Position numbers and translations under genes: made by a program. From contig CAXXFV010000007.1 of assembly GCA_963674595.2 (NCBI GenBank), positions 63,280-127,279 of the forward strand: a DNA stretch of 64,000 bases, in the 5' to 3' direction. This DNA comes from a bacterium. Its GTDB lineage: Bacteria; Zhuqueibacterota; Zhuqueibacteria; Residuimicrobiales; Krinioviventaceae. The notes below the pieces were generated by a model. That model was not told where the DNA came from, did no database searches, and was given only the letters and a program-made list of their open reading frames with translations. Positions within the stretch are counted from its first letter, which is position 1. Each line of letters opens with the position of its first letter. Of the stretch, positions 62,062 to 64,000 are shown one piece after another.

Positions 62062-62586
62062 ATGTTGAGTAAAGATTCGGGCTTATCAATACATCGAATA
62101 CCTCAATGGTATGCTTTTTTTACACGGCCAAGACATGAAAAAAAAGTTATGCAAAGTTTAAATGATGTAGGTATCAAGACCTATCTTCCTTTGCAGCGGT
62201 CATTAAACAAGTGGAAAGACCGGAGAAAATGGGTCGAAACACCCTTGTTTTCCTGTTACATCTTTTCACATATTCCTTTTATAAACAGATACGATGTGCT
62301 GAAAATCCCTAGTGTTGTTCGTATAGTGGGGGATAATCGTACACCCGCTCCGGTAAGAGATTTTGAAATCGAAGCCATCAAGATTTTTTTACAACAAAAA
62401 AAATCAGTCTGTGTACAAGACGGAATCCTTGAGGGCGACAGTGTTCGTATTAAAGCCGGGCCTTTAAGCGGCTATGAAGGCAAGTTCATTACTATGCAGG
62501 GAAAACGCTGGTTTGTTATTTATATTAGTGCCCTTGGTAAATCAATTATGGTTGATGTCCATGATAGTGCTGTAGAAAAAATTTAA
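62062..62586 (+). CDS. UpxY/RfaH-family NusG paralog antiterminator
   Basis: WYAFFTRPRHEKKV, KWKDRRKWVETPLFSCYIF and KOW GDSVRIKAGPLSGYEG. Confidence 0.93.
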   Translation: MLSKDSGLSIHRIPQWYAFFTRPRHEKKVMQSLNDVGIKTYLPLQRSLNKWKDRRKWVETPLFSCYIFSHIPFINRYDVLKIPSVVRIVGDNRTPAPVRDFEIEAIKIFLQQKKSVCVQDGILEGDSVRIKAGPLSGYEGKFITMQGKRWFVIYISALGKSIMVDVHDSAVEKI

Positions 62587-62690
62587 CATAGTTTTTACGT
62601 GATGTAAAACACAACAATTTATGTCATTTGTGTTATATTATGTAATTTGATTAAAAAATTTTATAACCTTTCTGCAGGAAATTTTTTTCT

Positions 62691-62719
62691 GTAAGTGACA
62701 GGGCGGAAGCGTGCCTGGG
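62691..62719 (+). promoter_or_regulatory. ops/JUMPStart-like element
   Basis: GTAAGTGACAGGGCGGAAGCGTGCCTG; core GGCGGAAGCGTG (62702-62713) versus ops consensus GGCGGTAGnnTG, in an otherwise AT-rich leader. Confidence 0.72.
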
Positions 62720-62759
62720 TTTATTTTGTATTCAAAAAAACTTAATGTTAGGGTAAATT

Positions 62760-63724
62760 TTGTCTAATTTTGCATTAATAGGAACTGCCGGTTATATTGC
62801 TCCCCGACATTTACAAGCTATTAAAGACACTGGTAACAGCCTTGTTTGTGCTCTGGATCCCAGTGATTCCGTAGGCATTTTGGACCGGTTTTTTGATAAT
62901 GTTGATTTTTTTACTGAATTTGAACGTTTTGATAGACATGTCGATAAGTTAAGACGCCGTAATTCAGAACGGCAAATTCATTATGTCAGTATATGTTCAC
63001 CCAATTTTTTGCACGACTCTCACATTCGTTTTGCATTGCGCAATGGTGCACATGCAATCTGTGAAAAACCACTTGTTTTAAATCCATGGAATTGTGACGG
63101 ATTAATCGAGTTTGAGCAGGCAACGAATTTTCGGGTATATAATCTTTTACAGTTGAGACTGCACCCGGCTATTCAACAATTGAGAGAAAAAATTCAACAG
63201 GAGAAAAACAAACGTCACTCTGTTGATCTAACCTATATTACCTCCCGTGGTAATTGGTATTACTATTCATGGAAAGGTAATATTGCAAAAAGTGGGGAGT
63301 TGCCACCAATATCGGTATTCATTTTTTTGATATGCTGATTTGGATATTTGGTCGCCCCCAAACTTCCAAGGTGTATCATTCTGATGATAAAAAAGTCAGC
63401 GGATTTTTACAGCTTGAAAAGGCAGATGTACGCTGGTTTTTGTCGCTGGACAAACAGGACCTGCCGCAACAGGCTGTTCAGCAGGGAAATTCAACATTTC
63501 GTTCCATTCAGGTGGATGGTGACGAGCTTGAATTTTCCGGAGGTTTTACGGATTTGCATACGCGTGTTTATGAACACATTTTGGAAGGGAAAGGCTTTGG
63601 TATAACCGATGCCCAACCCAGTATTCAACTTGCCTATGATATTAGATATGCAAAAACTTTGGGTGTCACGAATCATGAATATCACCCTTTGTTAAAAAAA
63701 ATTGACAAATTTAACAATATATAA
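62760..63724 (+). CDS. wbpB: Gfo/Idh/MocA oxidoreductase, WbpB/WlbA-type UDP-GlcNAcA 3-dehydrogenase; one G missing near 63294-63297
   Basis: FALIGTAGYIAPRH, FFTEFERFDRH and ICEKPLVLNPWN. Adding one G restores KSGGVATNIGIHFFDML. Confidence 0.9.
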
Positions 63725-63858
63725 TCGTGTGAAATACATCCTCCGGGATACATTTCAATTTAACACGCTAAAAGGTTTTGTGTTAAATAAAAAATGTATT
63801 TAATAGACAAATTTAGTTATTGGGAATTTTATTGAAAGCATCAAATTCACATCTTTTA

Positions 63859-64000
63859 ATGAAAAGAAAAGAGTTCTCGTTACCGGTGGCGCTGGATTTA
63901 TCGGTTCAAACCTTGTCAGATTCCTTTTACAAAATACCGAATGGCAGGTATATAATATTGACAAATTGACCTATGCCGGGAATCTGTTGTCGCTTGCAGA
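63859..64000 (+). CDS. rfbB: dTDP-glucose 4,6-dehydratase, 5' part (apparent missing A near 63867)
   Basis: [16 protein letters not shown]...[13 protein letters not shown] 63859 is in frame only if one A is added. Confidence 0.88.

Noticed and set aside
62760-64000. wbpB and rfbB as pseudogenes or phase-variable genes
   Set aside because: Single-base losses in short G4/A4 runs with otherwise intact sequence fit sequencing error; the runs are too short for typical slipped-strand switching.
1-64000. CRISPR arrays, tRNA/rRNA genes, transposases
   Set aside because: No regularly spaced repeats, cloverleaf/rRNA signatures or recombinase/transposase ORFs were seen by eye.

Overview
64 kb of an AT-rich diderm bacterial chromosome. 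The lpxC-fabZ fusion, T9SS-like C-terminal sorting domain, hybrid two-component regulator and UpxY-type antiterminator, together with clear AAGGAG Shine-Dalgarno sites, suggest an FCB-related lineage such as KSB1 or Calditrichota (inference). The accessory left half (1-30 kb) holds a PAS/HisKA_2 kinase, two large secreted repeat proteins, an HTCS plus sodium:solute symporter, a radical SAM gene, a glycosidase-like/URO-D-like/SGNH esterase cluster and a TonB receptor operon. The right half is core: pntAB, uppS-tamB-bamA-skp-lpxD-lpxC/fabZ-lpxA-dxr-rseP, ADP-heptose genes, gcvT, ftsK-lolA, and the start of a surface polysaccharide locus with an ops-like element. The most notable signal is a ~3.5 kb integrase-less islet (about 17.5-21.2 kb) bounded by a 112-bp duplication of the radical SAM gene 3' end whose four differences are all synonymous. 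It carries two paralogous 134-aa secreted beta-rich proteins, each enclosed by a conserved inverted repeat (GTTAGCAACCCT...AGGGTTGCTARC), followed by a SurA/PrsA-like lipoprotein foldase. At least seven single-base homopolymer frameshifts look like sequencing errors. No rRNA, tRNA, CRISPR array or transposase was seen.
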